Assembly (NCBI GenBank): GCA_963744995.1
Contig: CAVUWA010000002.1
Location: 512,001-576,000 of the forward strand
Direction: 5' to 3'
DNA from: Candidatus Eiseniibacteriota bacterium
Lineage (GTDB): Bacteria; Eisenbacteria; RBG-16-71-46
DNA: 64,000 nt
In this document: piece by piece, positions 51,701-62,523 of the stretch
Layout: each line of letters starts with the position of its first letter
How positions within the stretch are numbered: position 1 is the first letter of the stretch
Made by a program: the position numbers and the translations under genes
The notes under the pieces: generated by a model
Told to the model about the DNA's origin: nothing
Database searches by the model: none
What the model saw: the letters and a program-made list of their open reading frames with translations, nothing else

Positions 51701-52762
51701 ATGGACCGAACGCATGAGTTCCTGAAGGAACTGGTGGAAGCCCACGGTGTGCCCGGGTTCGAAGGCGAGGTCGCGAAGATCATGGAACGGCGCCTGAAGG
51801 GCGTCGGTGCGTTCTCGAAGGACCGCCTCGGCAGCTTCATCTGCGAGAAGAAGGGCGCTGCGGCCGGCCCGCGCGTGATGCTGGCGGGTCACCTCGATGA
51901 GATCGGCTTCATGGTCAAGTCGGTGACCAAGGACGGCTTCATCAAGTTCATGCAGCTCGGCGGCTGGTGGGGCCACGTGGTGCTCGCCCAGCGGTTGATC
52001 ATCAAGACCCGCAAGGGCGACATCATCGGCGTCGTCGGCTCGAAGCCGCCCCACGAGCTCAAGGACGACGAGCGCAAGAAGGTGCTCGAGATCAAGGACA
52101 TGTACATCGACGTCGGCGCGACCTCGGACTTCGACGTGAAGAAGCGGCTCGACATCCGCCCCGGCGATCCGATCGTGCCCGACTCGCCGTTCACCGTGAT
52201 GGCGAACCCCGACCTGCTGCTCGCCAAGGCATGGGACAATCGCGTCGGCTGCGCGCTCGCCGCCGAGACCGCGCTCGCGCTCAAGGGCGTGAAGCATCCC
52301 AACACGTTGCTGGCGGTCGCGACCGTGCAGGAGGAGGTCGGGCTGCGCGGCGCGCAGACCTCGGCGTTCAAGACGAAGCCGGACGTGGCGATCGCCCTGG
52401 ACGTGGGCATCGCGCACGACACGCCGGGTACCGACGACGACGTGCACCTCGGCAAGGGGCCGCTGCTGGTGATTCTCGACTCGTCCGCGATCCCGAACCG
52501 GCGGCTGCTCGACCTCACGCTCGACACGGCGAAGAAGCTGCGCATTCCGGTCCAGTTCGAGGCGGTCGAGCGTGGTGGCACCGATGCCGGCAAGATCCAC
52601 ATGGTGCACGAAGGCGTGCCGACGCTCTCGATGGGCGTCGCGTCGCGCTACATCCACAGCCACGTGAGCATCATCCACCGTCGCGACTTCGATCAGGCGG
52701 TGCGGCTGCTGGCCGCGATGGTGAAGCGTCTCGACCGCAAGACGGTGGACAGCCTGATCTGA
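51701..52762 (+). CDS. M42-family aminopeptidase
   Basis: GHLDEIG, KAWDNR, VQEEVGLRGA, GGTDA, RYIHS. Confidence 0.93.
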   Translation: MDRTHEFLKELVEAHGVPGFEGEVAKIMERRLKGVGAFSKDRLGSFICEKKGAAAGPRVMLAGHLDEIGFMVKSVTKDGFIKFMQLGGWWGHVVLAQRLIIKTRKGDIIGVVGSKPPHELKDDERKKVLEIKDMYIDVGATSDFDVKKRLDIRPGDPIVPDSPFTVMANPDLLLAKAWDNRVGCALAAETALALKGVKHPNTLLAVATVQEEVGLRGAQTSAFKTKPDVAIALDVGIAHDTPGTDDDVHLGKGPLLVILDSSAIPNRRLLDLTLDTAKKLRIPVQFEAVERGGTDAGKIHMVHEGVPTLSMGVASRYIHSHVSIIHRRDFDQAVRLLAAMVKRLDRKTVDSLI

Positions 52763-54154
52763 TGACGCTGCGGATCTACGACACGCTGACCGGCGAGAAG
52801 CGTGACTTCGCGCCGGTCACGCCGGGCCACGCCGGAATCTACGTCTGCGGCATGACGGTGCAGGATCGCCCGCACGTCGGGCACATCCGTTCGTCGCTGT
52901 CGGGCGACCTGATGCGCCGCTACCTCGTGCATCTCGGCTACGAGGTCACGTACGTCTACAATTTCACCGACGTCGACGACAAGATCATCGACAGGGCCTC
53001 GAAGGAAGGCATCGAGTACCTCGCGGTGAGCGAGCGCAACATCGAGGCCTACCTCACGCAGGCCGACCGCCACAACATCCAGCGCGCGACGCACTACCCG
53101 CGTGCGACGCGCCACATCGCCGAGATCCTCGAGCTGATCGGGCGGCTGGTGGACAAGGGCTATCGCGTACGCCGCGGGCGGCGACGTGTACTTCGACGTC
53201 CGCAGGAAGGCCGACTACGGCAAGCTCTCCGGCCGCAACGTCGATGACATGCGCTCGGGGGCGCGGATCGAGATCGGCGAGGCGAAGCGTGATCCGCTGG
53301 ACTTCGCGCTCTGGAAGGGAGCGAAGCCCGGCGAGCCGGCGTGGCCGAGCCCGTGGGGGCCCGGGCGCCCCGGCTGGCACATCGAGTGCTCGGCGATGAG
53401 CATGAAGTACCTGGGCGAGCACTTCGACATCCACGGCGGCGGACAGGACCTGATCTTCCCGCATCACGAGAACGAGCTCGCGCAGTCCGAGGCCGCGACC
53501 GGCAAACCGTTCGCGAGCTTCTGGACCGAGAACGGAATGCTGAACCTCGCGGGCGAGAAGATGTCGAAGAGCACCGGCGTGCTCTTCTACATCGACGACG
53601 TCGCGGCCGAGACGGATCCCGAGGTGCTGCGTTTCTTCCTGCTCTCGACCCACTACCGCAGTCCGCTGGACTTCAGCCGCGAGCGACTGGCGGAGGCGGC
53701 GGTGAGCTACGCGCGGCTGCGCGGCCCGCTCGAACGCGCCGAGGCGTGGGATGCCCCTCAGGGCGTCCCGATCGGCGGCGAGCTGGGGGCGGCGGTCGAC
53801 GAGGCCCGGGCGAAGTTCAGCGAGGCCATGGATGACGATTTCAACAGCGCCAAGGCCATCGGCCACCTGTTCGATCTCGGCCGGGCGGTCAACCGCGCGC
53901 TCGACGAGGGCGTCGGGGCCGAAGCGCGTGCCGCCGCGCGGGCGATGCTCGACCTCGGGGGCATCCTCGGGATGTTCTGGAGCCGCCCCGGCGGCGAGAG
54001 CTGGGCGCCGGACGTGCTCGAGCTGGTCGAGGCGCGCGAGGCGGCCCGCCGGTCGAAGAACTGGAAAGAGGCCGATGCGCTCCGCGATCGCCTGCTCGAC
54101 AGGGGCGTGGTCGTCGAGGACAGCGCTTCGGGGCCGCGACTCAAGCGCCGCTGA
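52762..54154 (+). CDS. cysS: Cysteine--tRNA ligase (one extra C at 53164 splits the frame)
   Basis: CGMTV..PHVGH, NFTDVDDKII, DFALWK, PGWHIECSAM, FPHHENE, KMSKS. Confidence 0.93.
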
Positions 54155-54245
54155 GCCGGAGGGCCCGGCAGAGGGCTCGCCGATGCCTCGCCGGTCTTTC
54201 TCCGCCGCCCGGTCCCTGGATGACCGAAGGCCGCCCGCCGGTCAA

Positions 54246-54318
54246 ATGTCACGTAGATGTCACGCGGCGCGGGCGGGCTTGATTGATCCTTGACCCGTCC
54301 AGCGGCCGGGTCTAGCCT
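54246..54318 (+). promoter_or_regulatory. 11-bp-spaced direct repeat plus sigma70-like promoter for the small-protein/TPR-bEBP operon
   Basis: ATGTCACG at 54246 and 54257; TTGACC(54290)-N17-TAGCCT. Confidence 0.55.
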
Positions 54319-54471
54319 TGCCTTACGTCCGGGCAAGGGCGGTGCCGCGAGGGTGCAATCACCCCGTATCCAGTTGTGCTCCGCGCGCATATGCCCTGTT
54401 GTCGGGCGCTTTTCGTTAGGTGGCCTTCCCCCAAGGCCCCTCGATGCATCACGGATTGGGAAGGGAACGCA

Positions 54472-54801
54472 ATGTCGCGATTCTTCAGGAATCGGTTGTG
54501 GACCTTCATCCTGGCACTGGCTCTCTGCTTCGGTTCCGTCGCGGTGTGTTCGAACTACGCTCACGCCGACGGCACTGCCGCCATCACGGACGATCCGATA
54601 GGTGGCGGCGGGGTCGGAAACGGATTCGGAGATCCCGATGCACCCAGCGGTTCCGTCAAGCGCACGATTCTGCGCGGCGGGGTGCAGGTGCCTTCAGGCA
54701 GCGCGACGATCGTGGGTGACGGCGTCGATCTGCAGAGTGCCTGGATGTGGCGTCTTCGTTTCGCACTGCAGGCGCTGCGGGGGACGTGGATCCACCCGTA
54801 G
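54472..54801 (+). CDS. Small secreted protein / candidate signalling propeptide (109 aa)
   Basis: GGGAAGGG SD; MSRFFRNR + hydrophobic core + AHA cleavage site; DDPIGGGGVGNGFGDPDAP segment; Trp/Arg-rich amphipathic tail. Confidence 0.7.
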   Translation: MSRFFRNRLWTFILALALCFGSVAVCSNYAHADGTAAITDDPIGGGGVGNGFGDPDAPSGSVKRTILRGGVQVPSGSATIVGDGVDLQSAWMWRLRFALQALRGTWIHP

Positions 54802-54839
54802 GTTTGCGGCGATTTGCCTTCGATGACCGGAGCTTCGGC

Positions 54840-57239
54840 GTGCTGAGTGACGACCGGAAACGCATCGTGCATCTGGAGGAGCGGCTCAAAGTGCGCGATT
54901 CCGCGGACGCGGACGCCACCTTGGCCGAACTCGAGATGCTTGCCGATCTCTATATGCAGGCGGACAGTTACGTGCCCGCCCTTGAAACCATCGAGCAGCT
55001 GCTCGAGGTCGACGGGGCGCGCACACTGTCGGTCACGCGGCGCGCGGCGCTCGAGAGCAAGGCGATTCTCTGCCGGCTCGCACAGGGCGATTGCCGGACC
55101 GCCATCGCCCACTGCCGGGAAGTGCTGCAGAACGAATCCCGGATCGAGCGCCCCGCCGTGCGCGCCCTGCTCCACCTCCAGTGTGCGGAAGCCCAGTTCC
55201 TGCTGGGCCGCCCCGAAGACACCCGCAGGGAGGCGCAGATCGGCCTCGCCATCGCGGACGAGGCCGGTGAACTGGCCCTGGGCGCGCAGGCCCTGAACCT
55301 GCTCGGCCGCGCCGCGTACCGGGGCGGTGATCTCGACCGCGCCCGCGACTACTACGAACAGGCCCTGGCGCTCTATCGCCGCATCGGGGACGAGGCCAAC
55401 TCGGCCCACCTGCGCAACAACCTGGGCCTCATTCACAAGAACCTGTGCGAGTGGACGCCGGCGATCACGCATCTGCAGGCGGCCCTCGAGATCCACCGGC
55501 GCCACGGTCGCTATGCCGAGACCGGGAATCCGCTGCTCAACCTGGGCATCGTTCACCAGAAGAGCGGCAGCTGGGAGCGCGCCCTCGAATGCTATCGCGA
55601 GGCGGAAGAGGTCTACAGCCGCGTCGGCGATCAGCTCCACCTGACGATGGTGTTCATCGCGCAGGGGAACGTGGCGCGCCTGCAGCGCCGCTTCGAAGAC
55701 GCCGAGGCGTCGCTCACGCTGGCCTGGGAGCGCGCCAGGGACCTGGAGGCCGCGCGCGAGGAGGTGCTCTCGCTGGAGTTCCTCGGCGAGCTCGATTTCG
55801 ATCGCGGCCGCCCCGCGGCCGCACTGGAGCGCTACGGCGCCGCGCTGCGCCGGGCCGAGCGCCTCGCCCCGGACGGTGATCTCGTCGTCGAGCTCGAGCG
55901 CCGCCGGGCCGAGGCGCTCTGCGTCCTCGGTCGTCTCGATGCGGCCGAGCGCGCCGCCGAGCGCGCCCGCAAGCTGGCGAGCCGTACGCAGGACCGTCTG
56001 GAATTCGCGCTCAGTCACCGCGCCGCGGGGGACATCGCGCTGGCACGCGGGCGGCGCCACGAGGCCCTGAGCTGCTGGAAGCACGCCGCGACGCTGCTGC
56101 AGACGAGCCGCGAGCGTTTCGAGCTGGGCCGCACGTTTCTGCGCATCGGCCGCGCGGTGGAAGACGCCCCCGAGGCCCGCCGCGCGTTCTACCGGGCGGG
56201 CGCCCTGTTCGCCGAACTCTCCACACCGTGGTGGCTCGAGCAGTCCGAGCGCGACCTGCACGAGCGTCTCGGCACGCAGCCCGAGCCCGCGCCCGCGCCG
56301 AACACCTCGTTGCTCGGACGCCGCCATCGCGCCCCGAGCCTCGTCGCCTGCTCGATTCCGATGCGCCAGGTCGAGACGCTCGCGCGCCGCGCGGCTGCGA
56401 CCGAGCTGTCCGTGCTCATCACCGGCGCGACGGGAACGGGCAAGGAGCTGGTCGCGCGCACCATTCACGGTCTGTCGGGGCGGGCACAGAAGCCGTTCCT
56501 GGCCGTCAACTGCGGCGCGCTGCGCGCGGATCTGGCCCTGTCGCAGCTGTTCGGACACCGCAAGGGGGCGTTCACCGGGGCACACGCCGAAGGCGTGGGC
56601 CTGGTCGAGGCCGCGCACGGCGGCACGTTGTTCCTGGACGAAGTCGGGGAGCTGCCCGCCGACGTGCAGGTGACGTTGCTGCGCTTCCTGGAGAGCGGCG
56701 AATACCTGCGACTCGGCGAGACGCAGGTGCGTCGCGCGGACGTTCGTGTGATCGCGGCGACCAACCGCGAGCTGCGCGGTCGCGAAGCGGAGCAGCTGTT
56801 CCGCCGCGACCTGCTGTTCCGGCTGAACGAGATCGAGATCCGGGTGCCTTCGCTCGCCGAGCGCACCGCGGACATCCTGCCGCTCGCGCGCCACTTCCTC
56901 GCGTTCTACGGTGGGATCGATGGCCCGCGCATGACCCCGGACGCCGAGGCCCTCCTCAACGCCCACTCCTGGCCCGGCAACGTGCGCGAGCTCGAAAACG
57001 TGATGAAGCGCGTGGCGGCGCTGCACGCCGGCGAAGGCGAAGTCACCACCCAGGTGCTGCTGCCGTTCCTCACGCACCGGGATCGCGAGACGGCTGCCGG
57101 GGCGCCGCTCGACGAGCGCTCGGCCATGCTCGACGCGATCGAGCGCGCAGGCGGCAACCGCAGCCGCGCCGCCGAGCTGCTCGGCATCAGCCGCAAGACG
57201 TTCTACGCGCGGCTCAAGCGTCACGCCATCACGCTCTAG
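54840..57239 (+). CDS. TPR-repeat sigma54 enhancer-binding protein (TPR-AAA+-Fis HTH)
   Basis: About 480 aa of TPR helices (LNLLG, NNLG, LNLG); [43 protein letters not shown]. Confidence 0.93.
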   Translation: MLSDDRKRIVHLEERLKVRDSADADATLAELEMLADLYMQADSYVPALETIEQLLEVDGARTLSVTRRAALESKAILCRLAQGDCRTAIAHCREVLQNESRIERPAVRALLHLQCAEAQFLLGRPEDTRREAQIGLAIADEAGELALGAQALNLLGRAAYRGGDLDRARDYYEQALALYRRIGDEANSAHLRNNLGLIHKNLCEWTPAITHLQAALEIHRRHGRYAETGNPLLNLGIVHQKSGSWERALECYREAEEVYSRVGDQLHLTMVFIAQGNVARLQRRFEDAEASLTLAWERARDLEAAREEVLSLEFLGELDFDRGRPAAALERYGAALRRAERLAPDGDLVVELERRRAEALCVLGRLDAAERAAERARKLASRTQDRLEFALSHRAAGDIALARGRRHEALSCWKHAATLLQTSRERFELGRTFLRIGRAVEDAPEARRAFYRAGALFAELSTPWWLEQSERDLHERLGTQPEPAPAPNTSLLGRRHRAPSLVACSIPMRQVETLARRAAATELSVLITGATGTGKELVARTIHGLSGRAQKPFLAVNCGALRADLALSQLFGHRKGAFTGAHAEGVGLVEAAHGGTLFLDEVGELPADVQVTLLRFLESGEYLRLGETQVRRADVRVIAATNRELRGREAEQLFRRDLLFRLNEIEIRVPSLAERTADILPLARHFLAFYGGIDGPRMTPDAEALLNAHSWPGNVRELENVMKRVAALHAGEGEVTTQVLLPFLTHRDRETAAGAPLDERSAMLDAIERAGGNRSRAAELLGISRKTFYARLKRHAITL

Positions 57240-57588
57240 CCGCGGAACCTGCGCGGCACCCGCACCGCCGCCCGCAGGCGCAGTCCCGTTCCCGCCCGAC
57301 CGCGCCACTTCACGCCGCCGCCCGATGGCGTGACCGGGCCCGGGAGCGGCGCATCCGCTCGCAGCGAACCCTTGCACAGGCGTGACACTGTCACCCCCCG
57401 GTAACACTTGACTCAACCTGAACCACGACAGTCGCTTGTCGACTCGAGCGACCGTGTCGACCCCGGCGGGTTCCGTCACGGGGAAACACTTCGGCGGTTC
57501 CGGGACCCGGCACGCCGGACTCACACCCGAGACGCTAACTCGTTGTCAGGCAGAGTGTTGGTGACGCGCACCGCAGACTGCGGGGGCG

Positions 57589-57604
57589 TGGCACGCGCGA
57601 TGCA
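57589..57604 (+). promoter_or_regulatory. Sigma54 -24/-12 promoter
   Basis: TGGCACGCGCGATGCA, exact GG-N10-GC spacing, 350 bp downstream of the bEBP gene. Confidence 0.7.
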
Positions 57605-57614
57605 AAAGGCAATG

Positions 57615-58057
57615 GTCGGATACGGGGACAACAGGAGAAGGAATTCCTGTTCAAGAGTTTCCGGGGGCGGTCTCCAGGGGGAAAGAGACCAGAACTCGGG
57701 CGGCCGCAGCGAGCGAGGGCACCTCCATCATCGCGGCGCGCCGCCCGAGATCCACCCCCGAGTTCGACTGACTCCAGCGAGAGAGTGGACGACACATCGT
57801 CCAGGGGCTCGTACCCCGCTGAAGACAGGGCTCTTCGGAGCTCGATATCGAGAGAGGGGTGAAAACAACTCGATTCGCAGCAGTACGCAGCACCGAAACA
57901 ATGTCTCTTGGCAGTAACGCAGCAAAAAAAACCAAATACGCCCGGTCAACGAAGCCGGGAGGGCATGGGGATTTTTCCCGGTCATCCCTTGCACTCTCGG
58001 GAAAAGGCAGCCGGAGGCAGAGCACCGAAAGGTCTCTTCTCTCCTGGCTGTCTTTTC
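57615..58057 (+). ncRNA. Candidate ~440-nt structured sigma54-dependent RNA
   Basis: Series of stems, cUUCGg and GAAA tetraloops, A-rich linkers, closing terminator; no ORF with host codon bias. Confidence 0.55.
58001..58057 (+). terminator. Terminator-like hairpin
   Basis: GAAAAGGCAGCCGGAG pairs with CTCCTGGCTGTCTTTTC; apical ACC-GAAA-GGT. Confidence 0.65.
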
Positions 58058-58137
58058 AATTCCCGGCGCAGCCCGTGCTGGGTTTCGGGGGCGCCGTCAC
58101 TTGTTGAGCGAAAACAGCAGTGCTAGAGTGCGGCCCC

Positions 58138-58659
58138 ATGAAACCTACCTCTTCCAGCAGTTCCGCACGCGTGAGTAAACCGCTTGTTTCTGTCGCAGTT
58201 CTGCTTTCGGCGTTCGTTCTCGTCAACGCGCTCGTCGTCGGTTGTGGCGGCGCCTCGAAGTCCGGTTCGGAAGGTACGAGCGAGTCGAGCGACAGCCAGA
58301 TGGCCGACCAGTCCGCCGGCGGCCAGATGGCCGACCAGTCGGGCGGCGAAGCGGCCAGCGGCGTGGACGCCGAGATCGCCGCGGGCAAGCAGATCTACAG
58401 CGAGAAGTGCGTCCTGTGCCATGGCGCGACCGGCCATGGCGACGGCCCGGGTGCCGCGGCGCTGGATCCGAAGCCGCGCAACCACACCGACGGCGAGTAC
58501 ATGAATGCCCGCACCAACGCGGAGCTTCATGAAGTGATCAAGAACGGCAAGGGCCAGATGCCGGCCTGGGGTTCCCAGCTGTCGGACGAGCAGATCGATC
58601 AGGTGCTCTCCTACGTCCGCACGCTGGCGGTTCCCAAGTACACCGGCCCGATGCCGTAG
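58138..58659 (+). CDS. Monoheme cytochrome c lipoprotein
   Basis: LVVGC lipobox, CVLCH heme motif, GQMPAW axial Met. Confidence 0.9.
   Translation: MKPTSSSSSARVSKPLVSVAVLLSAFVLVNALVVGCGGASKSGSEGTSESSDSQMADQSAGGQMADQSGGEAASGVDAEIAAGKQIYSEKCVLCHGATGHGDGPGAAALDPKPRNHTDGEYMNARTNAELHEVIKNGKGQMPAWGSQLSDEQIDQVLSYVRTLAVPKYTGPMP
58295..58340 (+). repeat. In-frame 27-bp-period repeat (QMADQS x2) in the cytochrome linker
   Basis: GCCAGATGGCCGACCAGTC at 58295 and 58322. Confidence 0.85.
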
Positions 58660-58724
58660 GGGTTCCGCCGACCCAGCTGATACGGAACGGCCGCCGCGGC
58701 ATCGAAACCGCGGCGGCCTTCTTC

Positions 58725-58754
58725 TTGACAGTCGTCGGGGCCGCTCTCTATCTT
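58725..58754 (+). promoter_or_regulatory. Sigma70 promoter of the tRNA cluster
   Basis: TTGACA-N18-TATCTT. Confidence 0.65.
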
Positions 58755-58787
58755 GCCGTTCCGTTTCCGGAACGCGGTTCCGGCTGC

Positions 58788-58863
58788 GCTGGCGTAGCTC
58801 AACTGGTAGAGCATCTCATTTGTAATGAGGCGGTTGGGGGTTCGAGTCCCTTCGCCAGCTCCA
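58788..58863 (+). tRNA. tRNA-Thr(TGT)
   Basis: Cloverleaf, anticodon TGT, TTCGAG T-loop, CCA end. Confidence 0.96.
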
Positions 58864-58908
58864 TCCAAGAGTGGGGGCCGCGCCGGCGCGCGGCGACGGT
58901 CTTTTTCT

Positions 58909-58993
58909 GGAGGGGTTCCCGAGCGGTCAAAGGGAACAGACTGTAAATCTGTCGGCGAAGCCTTCGGAGGTTCGAATCCTCCCCCCTCCACCA
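58909..58993 (+). tRNA. tRNA-Tyr(GTA)
   Basis: Long variable arm, anticodon GTA, CCA end. Confidence 0.96.
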
Positions 58994-59017
58994 TCTTGTT
59001 TAATCCCAGCGGCTTAA

Positions 59018-59093
<76 letters not shown>

Positions 59094-59186
59094 TTGAGCC
59101 GGTCCGAGGGGACTCCCCGCCGAATGGGGGGGTCCCCCGGGCGACCGGCTCCGGCCGCAAGTCTTCGAAAATAATCGTTTTCGGCG

Positions 59187-59216
59187 TTGACACCAGGCCT
59201 CGCGCCTCCGTAGATT
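59187..59216 (+). promoter_or_regulatory. Sigma70 promoter for tRNA-Thr/tuf
   Basis: TTGACA-N18-TAGATT. Confidence 0.65.
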
Positions 59217-59380
59217 TCCCTGCTCGCACATTTCCCCGACGACTTTCATGAGTTGGAAGTCGCCTCGGGGGAGTGCGTCTTTCTACCCCCGGGCGCTGAG
59301 CCACGTCGTACGCTCCGGAACCGTTCGCTTCTGCGAGACCGTCACGTCGCACCGCGTTCACGGAGACCCCGTAACACGAA

Positions 59381-59456
59381 GCCCACGTAGCTCAGTCGGT
59401 AGAGCATTTGCATGGTAAGCAAAAGGTCAGCGGTTCGATTCCGCTCGTGGGCTCCA
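59381..59456 (+). tRNA. tRNA-Thr(GGT)
   Basis: Cloverleaf, anticodon GGT, CCA end. Confidence 0.96.
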
Positions 59457-59645
59457 TGTCCACCGACGCGCGATGGCGCAGGTTTCGGCGTGTTGCCGAT
59501 CCGGTCGGTGGAGGTCGGAGCCGGGATGCCCGGGGACGATTGAGCGGCAGTGAATGAAAGCGTCGGCGCAGCGCGGAGCGATCCGCGGCGCACCGTGAAG
59601 CCTGCAGCACCGCAAGTCGAACGATCGCAGACAGGGAGCTCTCAG

Positions 59646-60839
<1,194 letters not shown>

Positions 60840-60849
60840 GAGGCGCGTC

Positions 60850-60999
60850 ATGCGCGATCAGGTCACGCTGGCCTGCGGCGAGTGCAAGCGCCGCAACTAC
60901 ATCACGACGAAGAACAAGCGCCTGCATCCGGATCGGCTCGAGCACAAGAAGTTCTGCCCGGCCTGCCGGAAGCACACCGCCCACAAGGAGACGCGATAG
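60850..60999 (+). CDS. rpmG: 50S ribosomal protein L33 (zinc type)
   Basis: [17 protein letters not shown]...[24 protein letters not shown]. Confidence 0.96.
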   Translation: MRDQVTLACGECKRRNYITTKNKRLHPDRLEHKKFCPACRKHTAHKETR

Positions 61000-61110
61000 C
61001 CCGGAACGACGCGACGCACGCCGGTTGCGGCGGCGCGGCGCGACTCCGGGGCCGGGGTTGATCCCGGCGGCAAGAGTGGCCGGCGGACCTTCGGGGCATG
61101 ACCGGCATGC

Positions 61111-61187
61111 AGGCCTGTAGCTCAGCTGGCTAGAGCACCGGTCTCCAAAACCGGGGGTCGGGGGTTCGAATCCCTCCAGGCCTGCCA
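61111..61187 (+). tRNA. tRNA-Trp(CCA)
   Basis: Cloverleaf, anticodon CCA, CCA end; typical rpmG-trp-secE order. Confidence 0.96.
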
Positions 61188-61244
61188 TTCCACGGCCGAC
61201 GCGCGTGGATGGAGCCCCGCGGGCTCGAACGAGAGGAAGCAGTC

Positions 61245-61436
61245 ATGTCGCTGGTGACCAGGACGCAGGAATTCACGAAGGACGTGCGTGTCGAGTTCAC
61301 GAAGGTGAGCTGGCCCTCGCGTCAGGAAGTGCGGGACTCGACGATCGTGACGATCGTCACCGTTCTGCTGCTCTCGCTGTTCATCGGCCTCGCGGACCGG
61401 GTGATCACTTTCCTCATGGGGTTGCTGCTCCGCTAG
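61245..61436 (+). CDS. secE: Preprotein translocase SecE
   Basis: EFTKVSWPSRQE plus one TM helix. Confidence 0.93.
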   Translation: MSLVTRTQEFTKDVRVEFTKVSWPSRQEVRDSTIVTIVTVLLLSLFIGLADRVITFLMGLLLR

Positions 61437-61490
61437 AAGGACGCGATCGGCGCAGCCGGGCGGTCCGGCGGCCCGCCGCGTAAGGAAAGC

Positions 61491-62027
61491 ATGTCCGATA
61501 CGAAGAAGTGGTACGTGGTTCATACGTATTCAGGTCACGAAAACAAGGTGAAGACGAACCTCGAGAAGGCCATCCATTCGGCCGGACTCGATGAGAAGTT
61601 CGGCCAGATCCTGGTGGCCACCGAAGACTTCGTCGAGATGAAGGACGGCAAGCGCAAGACGTCGAAGCGCAAGACGTTCCCCTCGTACGTCATGGTGGAG
61701 ATGGATTTCGACAACGACACCCGCCACGTCGTGCAGAACGTCCCCGGCGTCACGAAGTTCATCGGGTCGGGTCAGAAGCCGGTCGCGCTGAAGGAAAACG
61801 AAGTGCGGCGGATCCTGGGCCAGATGGAAGCGACGAAGTCGAAACCGACACCGACCGTGTCGTTCCGGATCGGCGACCACGTCCGGGTCATCGATGGACC
61901 GTTCAGCGCCTTCACGGGCGTCGTGGACGAGGTGAACGGCGAACGCGGCAAGGTGAAGGTCATGGTCAGCATCTTCGGCCGCGCCACGCCGGTCGAATTG
62001 GATTTTCTGCAGGTCCAGCCCGTCTGA
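61491..62027 (+). CDS. nusG: Transcription factor NusG
   Basis: [22 protein letters not shown] motif, [10 protein letters not shown]. Confidence 0.97.
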   Translation: MSDTKKWYVVHTYSGHENKVKTNLEKAIHSAGLDEKFGQILVATEDFVEMKDGKRKTSKRKTFPSYVMVEMDFDNDTRHVVQNVPGVTKFIGSGQKPVALKENEVRRILGQMEATKSKPTPTVSFRIGDHVRVIDGPFSAFTGVVDEVNGERGKVKVMVSIFGRATPVELDFLQVQPV

Positions 62028-62038
62028 GGAGTCGAACG

Positions 62039-62464
62039 ATGGCGAAGCCGATTCAAGCCCTAGTGAAACTGCAGTGCAACGCGGGTAACGCGACCCCGGC
62101 GCCGCCGGTGGGGCCGGCCCTCGGTCAGCACGGCCTGAACATCATGGAGTTCTGCAAGCAGTTCAATGCACGGACTCAGCATCAGACCGGGCTCGTCATC
62201 CCCGTCGTCATCACCGTGTACAACGACCGGTCGTTCACGTTCATCACGAAGACGCCCCCGGCGGCGATTCTGCTCAAGCGCTCGGCCGGACTGGCGAAGG
62301 GATCGGGCGTGCCGAACCGGACCAAGGTCGGATCGGTGACGCGGGCGCAGGTGCGGGAGATCGCGGAGCTCAAGGCTCCCGATCTGAACTCCGCGACCGT
62401 CGAGGCCGCGGAGCGGATGGTGATGGGCACGGCCCGCAGCATGGGCATCGAGATCGCCGACTAG
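62039..62464 (+). CDS. rplK: 50S ribosomal protein L11
   Basis: [33 protein letters not shown]. Confidence 0.98.
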   Translation: MAKPIQALVKLQCNAGNATPAPPVGPALGQHGLNIMEFCKQFNARTQHQTGLVIPVVITVYNDRSFTFITKTPPAAILLKRSAGLAKGSGVPNRTKVGSVTRAQVREIAELKAPDLNSATVEAAERMVMGTARSMGIEIAD

Positions 62465-62523
62465 GCCGTGTTCGGGAAGGCCGCCCGCGTGAGCGGGGGG
62501 TGAGCAGGACGCCGGGAGCGGCG

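Noticed and set aside
57859..58107. 82-aa ORF (MKTTRFAAVR...) inside the candidate RNA
   Set aside because: Lacks host codon bias, has poor SD spacing and runs through the terminator hairpin; a short leader peptide cannot be fully excluded.
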